Assembly: GCA_000004695.1 (NCBI GenBank) | Contig: CM000152.2 | Location: 5,056,001-5,120,000, forward strand | DNA: 64,000 bases | Origin: Dictyostelium discoideum | Taxonomy: Eukaryota | Reading direction: 5' to 3' | Shown: piece after piece, positions 35,809 to 52,422 of the stretch | Numbering within the stretch: the stretch's first letter is position 1 | How the letters are laid out: every line of letters begins with the position of its first letter | Program-made: the position numbers and the translations under genes | Notes under the pieces: generated by a model | Seen by the model: only the letters and a program-made list of their open reading frames with translations | Database searches by the model: none | What the model was told of the DNA's origin: nothing

Positions 35809-37614
35809 TAATCACTATCATCTTTAAAATTTGCCATTGGATCATCAGATCTTTTTCTTTTTAAATTATAAGCTTCCATTTGTTCCTCTGATACATTATA
35901 ATCATCAGCAGATAATGAATTATATTTAATATTTCTTTCATCTTTTTCAACTGATTTCTTATTTTCTTCATCTTGATCTTTTAATGCTTTTTTTAATTTT
36001 TCTTCTTTTTCTTTTCTTTCTTTTTTATCTTTTCTTTTTCCTTCTTTTTTATTATGTTTATCATTATCTTCATTTGATTTATTTAAATGTTGTTCTAATA
36101 ATGAGGTTGTGGTGGTAGTAGTTGTAGTTGTAGTATTATTATCGTCATCATCTTGTTGATTTTCTTGTTGTATATGATGTTGTTGTTGTTGTTGTAATTG
36201 TTTTTCACGTAATAATTTACCTTTTTCACCTGTACAATAAGCATTTTTAATTAATTGTCTGCAACAAGCGAAACCCCATTGACCATTTTCCCAATATGAA
36301 CCCCAAATTGATTTATGATTATTTAAAAATACATCCTCTTCATATTTTGATTTTACAATTTTCTCTTCACCCTTGATTAATTTACCAGAGGAACTGTATT
36401 CGGTGTAAATTTCCGATTGTGGTACTTTATCGATTTCCTCCTGTTTCAAGAGATGTTCTTCACCACCATATTTAGTTAAAAGTTGATTTCTAGTTTGTTG
36501 TTTTAATTGTTCTTTCTTTCTAAGGAAATCGGCATGTAAGAGGGCAGCTTGTGATGGTGCACTAGAGATATCGACATCTTGACCCTTTTCTTGTGCTTCC
36601 CAAGCGAATCTTTGTAAATCTCTAAACTCTTTAGTCTCACCACTTGTACGTGCAAAATTATCACCAGCAAATTTAATATCGTTTGGATTTGCATTAGGTA
36701 ATGGGTTATCTCTCATTGAACGACTCTTTGGTTCGTAGAATGCAGAGTTTACATCTAAATTATACAAATATTTTGCAGTATCTTCACGAATTCTAAGATT
36801 TCTAATTGTGGTTCTTGACTTTTGATCTAATTTTTGTATTGGTGCAACGGTTTCACTATCATATGATCCCTCCTTCTCCTCATTATCCATCAATTCTTTT
36901 GATAATGTTTCATCAACATCAGGTGTCTTTTTATCACCACCACCACCATGTTGTTTAATTAATTCTTGTAGTTTCTTTTTCTTTCTTTCTGTATCTGCTT
37001 TTTCATAGATATCCATCACCTCTTTGTATGAGGATGGGTCGTAACCATTGTATGGATCACGTTTACTATCATAATCCAATTCTAACTTTTGAATGACCTC
37101 ATCTGGTTTTATATCATCATTTGTAAATTTTGCACCCAACTTTCTTGGACGCTCACAACAATCTTTGGTTTTATGAGTCATTGCACCACAATTTTCACAT
37201 GCACCTTTTCTGAATTTGGTTGCTGCTTCACCAGTGGTTGCACCTCTTAAATACCATCCTTTATCCATCTCCTTCTTTGTAACACCACGTTGATGTTTTA
37301 AACTTGGTTTATTTGCATTTAAATACCATGGTGCTTTAAGAATATACTCTGGAATATGTGGATTAATCTCTTTACCCTCTTCATCTAACTCTGCTGGTGC
37401 ATTACCAGCTTTTCTTGCTTCATCTAATTCTTTCTCTTTCTTATACTCATCTCTTGTTTTTCTATGACCTTTTTTTTAAAAGAATAATAATAATGTTAAA
37501 ATCTTTTTTTTAATAATATAAAAAAACAAAAAGAATAAAAAAAAAAAATAATAATTTATTATATTATTATATAATAAATTAATTAAATAAATACTTACTT
37601 ATTGACGATGCCAT
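35808..37614 (-). CDS. slu7: Pre-mRNA splicing factor SLU7 homolog, 2 exons: join(37614..37599,37468..35808)
   Basis: MASSI|SHRKTRDEYKKEKELDEARKAGNAPAELDEEGKEINPHIPEYILKAPWYLNANKPSLKHQRG...FRKGACENCGAMTHKTKDCCERPRK (the SLU7 CX2CX4HX4C zinc knuckle) ...RNLRIREDTAKYLYNLDVNSAFYEPKSRSMRDNP...WGSYWENGQWGFACC...NLKRKRSDDPMANF, collinear with human and yeast SLU7. The tiny first exon ends in a GTAAGT donor, and the acceptor is ...AAAAAAG at 37469. Confidence 0.88.
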
Positions 37615-38299
37615 AATTTTGGGAACTTATAAAAAAAAAAAAAAAAAAAAAAATTTATTTTTTATTTTTTTTTTAAATTTTATTTTTTTTTTATTATTTT
37701 TTATTTTTTTAATTTTTTTTTTTTAATTGACTATTTTTCAACAAATATATATTATTATTATTATTATTATAATTTTCTTCATTTCCTAGGTAATAAAAAA
37801 AGTTAGTGATAAAAATAAAAATAAAAAAAATAAAAAAAAAATAACTCATTTGTGAATTTGGTTCTATTAAATGTCCAAAAAACATGGAGTATCCAATTAT
37901 AGTAAAGAGAAACTTTACAATAATTGTGTTTATTTTTAGAAAATGTTTGGGAATAAGTAATTGATAACTATTAAGTTTTGTTATTTTGGAAATAATCATA
38001 AATAAAATCACAATTAGGATTAAATAAAATCACAATTAGGAATAATCATAAAATATTTTATGTGAAAAGAAGAACTTGGAAAACCCCGGGGTTTAAATTA
38101 TTCATTTTAAAATTACCAAAAAAATAAAAAAATAAAAAAAAAAAAAAAAAATTCAGACGAAATTGGATTTTTATTTAAAATCGAGAAATCTCTTGCAACT
38201 GTTCAAAAAATCCATTTTTGAATTCTAATTTTTTTTTATTTTTTTTTTTTTTTTATTTTTTTTTTTTTTAATTTTATTTTTTACCCCAAAACTTGCATT

Positions 38300-38333
<34 letters not shown>

Positions 38334-38399
38334 ATTTTGTTAATATATATATAAAAAATCTAACTAAAAAAAAAAAAAAAAAAAATAAAAGAGTAGTAG

Positions 38400-39085
38400 A
38401 TGTCAGTAAAAAACAGAAATAATACAAATAAAATGACACCTAATAGATCACCATCAATAACAACAACAATACAACAACCACCAAATTCAAATACAATAGA
38501 CCCAAATGTAATACCATCATCACAAAATAAATTAAAAATAGATTTTAGGGCGATATCAATCTTTTCATTGTTTTTATTTTCAGGTGTAGCAAATACACTA
38601 TTAGTTCAATTAATTTATAATAATATTTCATTTAGTATGTTTTTAAAATCTAAATTAGATTTTTAATTAATAATAGCATAATGGTATATGGGATAATTTA
38701 TTAATTCAAAATTTATTTTATTTTAAGATCCTAAATCAATGTTAACAAACATTTGTATTTTTTTAGGATATGCACTTTTGAGTCTCTTTAAGGATCCAAC
38801 AAAAAATATCAATAATAATAATAATAATACAAATATCAATATCAATAATAATAATATTAATAACACATTAAACGCAACAACATCACCAATCAATTCAACT
38901 ACAATACAATTGGGTACCTCAACAATAAACACTAAAAAACAAAATTTCAATCATATTAAATATATACTATTAGCGTTATTTGATTGTTTAGCCAGTTTAT
39001 TAACCACAATTGGTCAAATTGCTGTTGGAAGTGGTGTATGTAAATAATATTTAGTTTTTTTTTTAAAAAAAAAAAGTTCATACTA

Positions 39086-39131
<46 letters not shown>

Positions 39132-39945
39132 TTATAACTAGTTATTTCAAGTTTTATTTTCATCAAAGATTATTTTTGCGGCAATTTTAACAAGATTTTA
39201 TTTAAAATCATATGTATCACCAAAGAAATGGATATCGATTCTAACCATTTTCTCTGGTTTATGTATTGCAGTTTTTAAAATTTCATCACATTCAGTTCAA
39301 AATAATGATGATACAAATAATTCATGTAAGTTATATTTATATATATTTAAATTATTATAATTTAATTTAATTTTATTAATTAATTTTATTATTATTATTA
39401 AAAAAAAAAAAAAAAAAAAAGATTTATATTTTGGAACATTTTGCGTTTTATTTGCAGCATTTGTATTTTCAGCAAGTCATATTTTTGCAGAATCAGCTAT
39501 AAAGGCATATGATTTAAGACCTTATGCATTTGCAGCAAAATATGGTACTTATAGTGTAATAGTTTGCGTTTTTTATATTTTAACAGTAACATTTTATAAT
39601 AGAAAAGAATGGATTGAAATCCCAATTGAACAAACATCATCAAGTGATATCAAATTGGTATTGTTTTTATTTATGATTTTAATGATCACAAGTGTTGTTA
39701 GATCAAGTAGTATGTACACAGTTTTAGCTGAACATGGTACAGTTTCAATGGGTGTTTTATATGCATTACAATCAATCATTGTTTTCTTTTCAAGTGCTTT
39801 CTTTTTATGTGATCCAAATCATCCAACAAAACAAAATCAATGTTTATCACCTCCAAAATTACTTGGTTCAATCATTGTAATTTTTGGTGTTTTCATGTAT
39901 AATAAAGCAAATAATTTAAAGCAAACTCAACATATAAAAATTTAA
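38400..39945 (+). CDS. Multi-pass membrane transporter of the drug/metabolite-transporter (DMT) superfamily (SLC35-like or CRT-like), 4 exons: join(38400..38634,38728..39035,39142..39325,39422..39945)
   Basis: About 10 predicted TM helices (SIFSLFLFSGVANTLLVQLIY; ILLALFDCLASLLTTIGQIAVGSG; IIFAAILTRFYLKSYVSPKKWISILTIFSGLCIAV; VLFLFMILMITSVVRSS; LLGSIIVIFGVFMYN) and an N-rich loop in exon 2. Donors gtatgt/gtatgt/gtaagt; acceptors ttttaag/actag/aaaaaag. The family assignment is tentative. Confidence 0.6.
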
Positions 39946-40067
39946 AATTAAAATAAAAATAAAATAAAAATAAAATAAAATAAAAATAAAAATAAAATAA
40001 AAATAAAAAAATAGCGTCACAATCACTTCACTAGATATTTTTTTTTTTTATTCCAATAAATATCCAA

Positions 40068-40129
<62 letters not shown>

Positions 40130-40178
40130 AATTTTTTTTTTTTTTAATATTTCAATTTTATCAACAATAATAATAAAA

Positions 40179-40182
40179 ATGG

Positions 40183-40272
<90 letters not shown>

Positions 40273-41381
40273 TATTTTGGAAAATTTGGAAAAATAATTT
40301 ATTAAAAAATAAAATATTTGGGTATATTTCAAATAGATATTTAGTTAAATCAATTAGAGACTTAAATATAACATTTAAATATGAAGAGATAATTAGTTTT
40401 GGATGGATGTTAAAAAACAAACATTTTCAATTATTGTTTGATAAAGTTAGAAATGGTGAATATTTAGTATTTAATGATAAAGTAGAATATGGTAGAATAA
40501 TTGGAAATAATAATAATTACCAATCAATTAAAGGTTTCGAATATTTCAAATATTTTGAAGGATCATGGTTATCGAATAATGAAGAATTCTTAAAGAATTT
40601 ATTTACAAATTATTCAAATTCATTTAAACTCACAACAGATATAATCGATACAACTATAAAATGTTTAGTATTTTATAAATTACCAATGGCTTTAAAAATA
40701 TATTTACAACAAACTTTAAATCAATTTGAAATTTTTCAAAATAAAAGTTATGAATTTATTACAAATAGCAATGGTATTGGTAATAGCATTGGCAATAGCA
40801 TTAATAATAATTATAAAAAAATAAAGTATAGTATTATTGAATATTTTAAATCATCAACTGGTTTTGAATTATTAAAAATTTCAATTTGTAGTAATTCATT
40901 TGAATGTTGTGAAATTGTTTATCAATTTTTACAAACATATTGTAATTATACACCATTAGAAATTACATTGAATATTATAGATTCATTGAAAATCATTATT
41001 ACAGTTGATTCAGATTGTCGATTAAGATGTAAACAAATTGATTTCATCTTTAAAACATTTACAATTAATAAAACAAATTTTAAAATTAAAGGTTTATTCA
41101 ATAGAATTTATTTATTTAATCAACCAATTTCAAAATTATTAAAAATGTGTAAATGTATAATAAAATATAAAGATTATATTAATTTCAATTTCAATGATAT
41201 TAATAATAGATATGATGAAGTTGAAGAACAAAATAGTAATAATAACTCACTTGGATATGGCAGTTTTATAACTAATAATAATAATAATAATAATAATTAT
41301 GAATTATTAAAATTAGAACAAATTAAATCATTTAAAGAATCGTTAAGAAATGAAAATAAATTAGATCAATTTATTTTATGA
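40179..41381 (+). CDS. Hypothetical N-rich protein (400 aa), probably the N-terminal part of a larger frameshift-split gene together with 41422..42987
   Basis: Starts with a 28-residue poly-Asn tract, then non-repetitive Cys-containing sequence (..CSNSFECCEIVYQFLQTYCNYTPLEI..DCRLRCKQIDFIF..). A TGA stop lies 40 bp before the next ORF, in a different frame. Confidence 0.5.
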
Positions 41382-41421
41382 ATTTAGCAATGATTATGAA
41401 AATGTTAGATTAGTTTATAAA

Positions 41422-42987
<1,566 letters not shown>

Positions 42988-43223
42988 AAATATTTCTCAT
43001 TATCTAACTTTAAAATTAAAACTAAAAATAGAATCACCAAAAAATAAAAATAAAAATAAAATTATTAAAATGAAAAAAAAAATAAAAAAAAAACTTTTTT
43101 TTCCCTCCTTTTTTTCATAAAAATTTTTAATGAAAATTTTCATTTAAGTGCTTTTTTTTTTTTTTTTTTTATTTGTAAATTTTAGTGCGATTGTTATTAC
43201 AAATAATAAACATTAACATTTAA

Positions 43224-43358
43224 ATGACTTCGACAACTTTAAAGAGGAAGAAAGGGCAAGAAAATGAAATAAATGAAAATATTAATAATAATGAAAATGA
43301 ATATATTAATAACAATAGCGATAATGATAATGATAATGATAACCTCAATAAAGATTTA

Positions 43359-43416
<58 letters not shown>

Positions 43417-44183
43417 GTAATGAAAATGATAGTAATTATTTCAATAATTTATCAACTAAAACTCAACCTTCTTCAATGATTATTGATAATGAAATTAGTT
43501 CATCACCTCCACAACCTTCTCAACCAATTCTAAAAAGACCACCAACAAGAGAAAGAAAGCAAATACATAAACTATTTTCATTATCCGATGATGATGATGA
43601 TGATAATGATGATGATAATGATGATGATAATGATGATGATAATGATAACGATGATAATAAAGATGAAAAAAAAAAAGAAAAAAAGGAAAAAAAAGAAAAA
43701 AAAGAGAAAAAACCAAAACAAGAGAAAAAACCAAAACAAGAGAAAAAACCAAAACAAGAGAAAAAACCAAAACAAGAAAAAAAGTCAAAACAAATTCAAG
43801 AAGTTCAAGAAATTCAACAACAGCAACAACCACAACAACAACTTGAAAAAGAAGAAAACAAATTGGAAGAAAAAGAAAAAGAAAAAGAAAAAGAAAAAGA
43901 AAAAGAAAAAGAAAAAGAAAAAGAAGAAGAAGGAGAGGAAGAAGATAATAGTAAAAAAAAAAAGAAAAAACAGAAAATTGAACCTGACCAACCAATTAAG
44001 AACTCAATCCCTAAAAAACCACCAACAACTAGTAGTAGAAAATCAAAGAATAAACCGCCAAATAATAATAATAATAATTGTAATATTTTATTAAATTTTT
44101 TAAATCCTACATCAACCACTGCCGCCACCACCACCAACACCACCACCATAGATACAACCAATACAACCAATACAACCAATACA

Positions 44184-44220
<37 letters not shown>

Positions 44221-46620
44221 GTAATAATAGTACACCAAATATAATAGAATCAATGTCATCACCAACATCAGAAGATGATTCAAAACCAATTCACCCATTC
44301 TTTGGAGAACAACAAAAGAAGAAAGAAAGAAAACAGAGAATAGAATCAGTGAAATCAATTAATGATGATCCAATACTATTGGAGAAAACTAAAAATGCAC
44401 CATTACCAGAAATGTTTTTATCTAAAAAAGAAAAAGATGAAATCTATACAGCTGCTCAACAAGAGAGATTTAGATTAGATATTATGAAATCAAATGAAGA
44501 TCATGAAAAAATTTTAGCTGGTAAACCAGTTCATCCTTTCTTTTTTTCACCACCCCCACCTCAATCCTCTTCAACAAATTCAAATTCCTCCTCCTCCTCA
44601 TCTTCTTCAGACACAATACCAACAACATCATCGTCATCATCATCAATAATTATAGATTTAGAAGAAAAGAAATACCAAATTAAAAGATTACTTGAGTTTC
44701 CAGTTGAAGAATCACATATAGGTTGGTATGATATTAACCAAGATGAAAGTATTAAATTATCTTTACCACCTTCAAATAAACAACTTTTAGATAAATTTAA
44801 AAGATCAAATTTAAAAACTTCAACTATTGATTGTAATAGTTTAATCATTCATAATCCAAATCAATTAATACCAAATTTCGATAAAATGTTAACAACAATT
44901 GAACAACAATTTCCTTTCCTATCTTCACAACATAGTTCAATATCTTCTATTAATGACTCACCTTTAAAATCATTATCACAACAATCTTCTGAAATTATTA
45001 TAATTGATAATGATAAAAACAACAACAACGACAACAACGGCAATAACGACAATAATAACAATAACAACGATGAAATTGAAATTAATGAAGATAAATTATT
45101 TGAAAATATATTAAATTATTATAATAGTATAAAGAATGATGATAATGATAATGATAATGATGATGATCAAGATGATGAATTTAATAATGATTCAAATTTT
45201 ATAAGAATAGATAATTTTAAAGATATTAGAGATATTAAATATATTTATAATGAATTTTTAAATAGTTTAAGTAATAGTGGTAGTTTTGGTATTAATAATG
45301 TTCAAGGGAATTTATTATCAAATAGATACTATTCTACAATTGAAAATTTAAATTTATTTAATGAATTAAATCATGAAGTAATAACATTTTTCAATCAATG
45401 GGTTGTAGGTTGGAAAGACAAATTAGAAAAGAAAGCCAACAAATGCAGTACTAGTGGTAAAATTAAAAAATCTTCAAAAAAGACTGAACTTGATGAAATT
45501 TTAAAATCTTCAATACTTATTGTTGGTCCATTTGGTTGTGGTAAGAGTTCATTGGTCAATATAAAATCAAAACAAAATAATTTCACAATCTTAGAAACTA
45601 ATCCATCTTGTAAACGAAGTGGTAAAGCTATCACTGAACTATTAGGTGAAGCAACTCAATCAAAAGCTTTAAACATTTTAAAGAAATCAAATAATGAAAA
45701 TAATCAAAATAATAATAATAATAATGATGATGATACTTCTCAAAACTCATCGCCACAACAACAACAACAACAAACAATAACTTCTATAACTTCAAAAAAA
45801 AGAGGTAGAAAATCAATTTCATCTTTAAATAATAATAATAATAATAATAATAATTGTGAAATTGGTGAAATTAATAAAAATTTAATTCTAATTGAAGAGA
45901 TTGATATTCTATATGAAGAGGATAAAGGTTTCAATAATTCAATTTGTACATTATTAAATAATACCAAAGTACCAATAATTATGATTTGTAATGAATTAAA
46001 TCCATCAATTAGTAATTTAATTCAAGAAAGTGGTATCATTTCATTGTATATGTCAAAACCTACAACTCAATCATTATCATTGTATTGTTGTTTCATTCTC
46101 TTGAAAGAGAAAAAGTACAAACTTCTTTCATCTCAAAATACTTTAAACTCTTTAAATATTCATTCTTTTATCATTAATAATCAAATTGATATTAGAAAAT
46201 CTTTAAATAATTTAGAATTTATAGTTAATCATAAAAATCAACATCATCAAACTATTTACAATTTAACATTCTATATGTTTAATGATTTATTTAAAAAATA
46301 TAATTTTAATTTTTTTAATATTTTATTTAAACTACCAATTAAAAATAAAGATAATCTTGATAACGATAATCATGAAATTATAGTTGAAAAAGAAATAGGT
46401 AAGTTTTTTAATTTAATTGTTATTACTAAAATATAAAAAATACTAATAATATTTATAAAAAAATAATAATAATAATTAGAAAATAGTGAAGAAATAGATG
46501 AATTTGAATTATTTAATGATAAATTCAATTTTGTTAATACTTCATTAGTTGAATTTGATATCAATTTATATTTTAATAATTATTTGGAATATATTAATAA
46601 TAATCAACACAACAACAACA

Positions 46621-46697
<77 letters not shown>

Positions 46698-47045
46698 GAA
46701 TTATTGGAGGATATTTGGGAATTATCAGAAACATTTTCTACAAATGATATTTTATTAAAAAGAAATTATCCTTATGATCCAACATCTGAAACTGTATGTA
46801 TTACAACTAATTTCTTTTTTTTTTTTTTTTTACCTCTTTATTAACTTTTTTGGAAATAATATATAGGGAGAGAATGAAATATTTGAAATTTTAGAGAATT
46901 CACCGACATATATTACACAACCACAATCATTACATTATGATGACTACTCTTATAAAAGCTACTTTCCAAATTCATTAGATTTTAGCATACCAACCTGTAT
47001 TTCCATTCAATCAATTGAAAATTATTTATTAAAACAAAAAGAAAC

Positions 47046-47088
<43 letters not shown>

Positions 47089-47373
47089 TATTCTAAATTT
47101 AATTTATTGAAAATTGAAGACCAATATAAGGTTATAAAGAAAACAACAATTGAAAATTCAATTTATAATGAAATTAAAGATCAATTTTCACTTAAACATG
47201 GTTTCATTGCATCCAGTAAAATGTATGTAGAGTTTACACCATGGCTATCTGATATTTGTTATTCAGAAAAAGTGAGAAAATTAAATAATCCAAAGAGAAG
47301 TAACAGATTTACTCATTATTTAGATTATACCCAAAATCAGATTGATATATTATTAAAATTCCGAATTAAATAA
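43224..47373 (+). CDS. ELG1/ATAD5-like RFC-like-complex large subunit (AAA+ ATPase), 3 exons: join(43224..46398,46480..46793,46867..47373)
   Basis: Long acidic/basic low-complexity N-terminus (D-runs, (KPKQEKK)x4, (EK)n). Walker A is ILIVGPFGCGKSSLVN. Walker B/sensor is NLILIEEIDILYEEDKGFNNSICTLLNNTKVPIIMICNELNPS, which matches ATAD5/Elg1 ILFEEVDVIFDEDSGFLNAIKTFMATTKRPVIL. Exon 1 ends ..VEKEI at a GTAAGT donor. Exon 2 starts at 46480 (ENSEEIDEFELFNDK...KELLEDIWELSETFSTNDILLKRNYPYDPTSET) and ends at a gtatgt donor. Exon 3 runs GENEIFEILENSPTYITQPQ...FTHYLDYTQNQIDILLKFRIK*. Confidence 0.8.
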
Positions 47374-47476
47374 TAATAATAATAACAATAAAAAAACAAA
47401 TAAAAATAGAATACAACATTTTTAATTGCAATATTTTTTTTTTTTTTCTTTTTTATTTATTTATTTTTGTTTATTT

Positions 47477-47513
<37 letters not shown>

Positions 47514-47543
47514 ATTCTATTCTATATTTAATTAAAGTTTCTA

Positions 47544-47576
<33 letters not shown>

Positions 47577-47619
47577 GAAAATTAAGAAAAGAAATAATTA
47601 TTATTATTTATATTTAATT

Positions 47620-49863
<2,244 letters not shown>

Positions 49864-50778
49864 TTCGTTTTTTTTACTTAATTAAAATTTCTATAACAAT
49901 AAATGAAATTAAAAAAAAAAAAAAAAAAAAAAAAATAAAAAAATTCGTGAAAAAAAAAAAAATTCAATTTTTAAAAAAAAAAAAAAACGAAAATTATTTT
50001 CAAGTTTGATGGATGTGTTTTCAAATATTTAATATGCAAAAAAAAAATAAAAAAATAAAAATAAAAAATAAATCCAAAGTTAAAGTTCTATAATTTTTTA
50101 AAATACAACAATACTAAAAAAAATAAAAAAACATAAAAAAAAAAAAAAATAAAAAAAAAACTATAAATCATTTTTCTTTTATTTTTTTATTTTTTTTTAT
50201 TTTTTTATTTTTTTTTTATTTTTTTATTGTTGGATAAAATAATTTAGTAAAGATTAATGAATCATTATATTAATATTAATAAAACTATTAATATTATTTT
50301 TTTTTTTTTTTTGTTGTATAAAAAAAAAAAAAATCCAGTTTTCATTTACGCATTTATGTCTCTTTATAAGCTTTATTTTTTTATTTTTATTTTAATATTT
50401 ATTTTCATTTTATATCTTTTTTTTGAAATTAATTTTTTTAAAGATCTCTTTATCTAAACGCAAAAAAAAAAAAGTTTTTTTATTTTATTATTATTATTTT
50501 TTTTTTTTCAGTTAGAATTGTTTTTTTTTTGTTTTATTTTTAATTTTTAATTTTTATTTTTTTATTTTTTAATAATTTTTATTTTTTACTTATTTTTTTT
50601 TTTTTTGTTTTTTTGGTTTAAATATTGACAGCGTGTTATTTGTGTTTTTTTTTATTTTTATTTTTATTTTTTATTAAAATTATAATTTTATATTTTTTTT
50701 ATAAAATTTTATAAAAAAAAAAACTCTTTGTAGATTTTTTTTTTTTTTAAATTTTCTCCAACCCATTTAATCTCGATC

Positions 50779-50810
<32 letters not shown>

Positions 50811-50918
50811 TTTTTTATTTTTTTTTTTTTTTATTTAACCAAAATTTTTTTATATATTTTTTTTTTTTTTTATAATCATATCAACCTTTTTATTAAAAAA
50901 AATAAAAAGACCAAAACC

Positions 50919-52104
50919 ATGGTTAATAAAAGAGTCGAAAATATCAATAAAAATGAAATAAAATTTAAAGATGAAGAAATTATTAAACAACAATATTTAT
51001 CACCAGACGAAAATGAATTTCAAGTAATATCATCAACTACAACAAAGAATAGAAAGAATAAAGCAATTGTAGAAAAAGAAAAAAATAATAAAGTACATGA
51101 AATCATTATAGATAATACAAATAATACAGTAATCACTAAAACTCCACCACCATCATCACCAAAAGGTAATAATAATAAAAATAATAATAATAACAATAAT
51201 AATAATAATGATAATAATGAACATATTGAAAATAGTAAATCAAAAAAATCAAAAAAATCAACATCAGCAGCAGCAGCAGCAGCAACAACAATAGTAAATA
51301 ATAATAAAAAAGAAATATTAGGATCATTTAACAATAATTTAAAATTTGTTAGGGCAAGTGGCATTTTCATGTTTTTATATTATTTAACAATGATGTATGT
51401 ACGTTATCAACATAGAGGAGCAATTGGATTTGCTGATACATTATGGTTATGTAATTTATCGATTGTATTTGGATTCATTTCGATCGCAGTCAATAAACCA
51501 ATCTTTTTAGGTATCGCTTGCAATTGTACATTAATAGTTCATGCATTATGGGTTGTTGATGTTGTGGCTTGGTTAATCACTGGTTCCTTCCCATTGGGTA
51601 ATGCAGAATATATTAGTTGGCCAACTATCACTTGGGGTGAAATTATCACTACAACTCATCATGCTTGGTTCGTACCATTATCTATGATTTGTCTTCATAG
51701 AAATGGTGGTTATCCTTACGGTGCTTGGTCAGGTTCAATGTTATGTGTAATACCAGTAGTATATTTATCAAAATTATTCCCAAAGATTTTAGTTTTACCT
51801 GATAATTCAACTTTTTATTTAAATATTAGTAAGTTTTTTAGCCATTTATGGTAAAACTGGAAAAAAAAAAAAAAAAAGAAAAAAAAAGATTCTAATTCTA
51901 TTATCATTTTTTATTTTATTAATTTATTTTTAAATAGATATGGCCCACGAATGGTGGAGTGATATGAATGGCTGGCCATTTTCTTTAATTCCAAATGATC
52001 CAGCCCAATATTATTTCTTTTTACTTAGTTTTTCATTAGTATTATTTACAACTGCTCATTTCTTAATGAGATTAGTTTGTTATATCGTACTCAAAAGAAA
52101 CTAA
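50919..52104 (+). CDS. Predicted multi-pass membrane protein of unknown family, 2 exons: join(50919..51828,51938..52104)
   Basis: Hydrophilic N-rich N-terminus, then 6-7 hydrophobic helices (GIFMFLYYLTMMYV; LWLCNLSIVFGFISIAV; IFLGIACNCTLIVHALWVVDVVAWLITG; HHAWFVPLSMICL; MLCVIPVVYL). GTAAGT donor at 51829, AAATAG acceptor at 51937. Exon 2 is NMAHEWWSDMNGWPFSLIPNDPAQYYFFLLSFSLVLFTTAHFLMRLVCYIVLKRN*. Confidence 0.6.
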
Positions 52105-52113
52105 ATGTAGAGT

Positions 52114-52151
<38 letters not shown>

Positions 52152-52422
52152 TAGAATTATATATATATAAAAAAGAAAAAAAAAAAAAAATATAAAATAA
52201 AATAGAAATAAAAATTGTTTTTTTAGTTATTATTGTATCACCATAGATAAATTTTAAATGATTTATCATTAAAAGAAAGAAAAGAAATAAAAATAAAAAA
52301 AATAAAAAGAAATTAAAAACTACTAATAAATAACTAAAAAAAAAAGAGATATATTATTATTTTCTATTTTTATTATTTTTTTTTCTTTTTTTTTTTTTTT
52401 TTTAAAAATATTATACAATTAT

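Noticed and set aside
37709-38011. 100-aa minus-strand ORF upstream of SLU7
   Set aside because: AT-rich spacer translation (I/F/N-rich) with no start context. It overlaps the presumed promoter region.
43495-44358. Several minus-strand ORFs (poly-F/L, FLFLFLF) and a plus-strand K-rich ORF 43588..44094
   Set aside because: Antisense or out-of-frame translations of the repeat-rich ELG1-like exon 1. The in-frame reading is supported by the conserved AAA+ motifs downstream.
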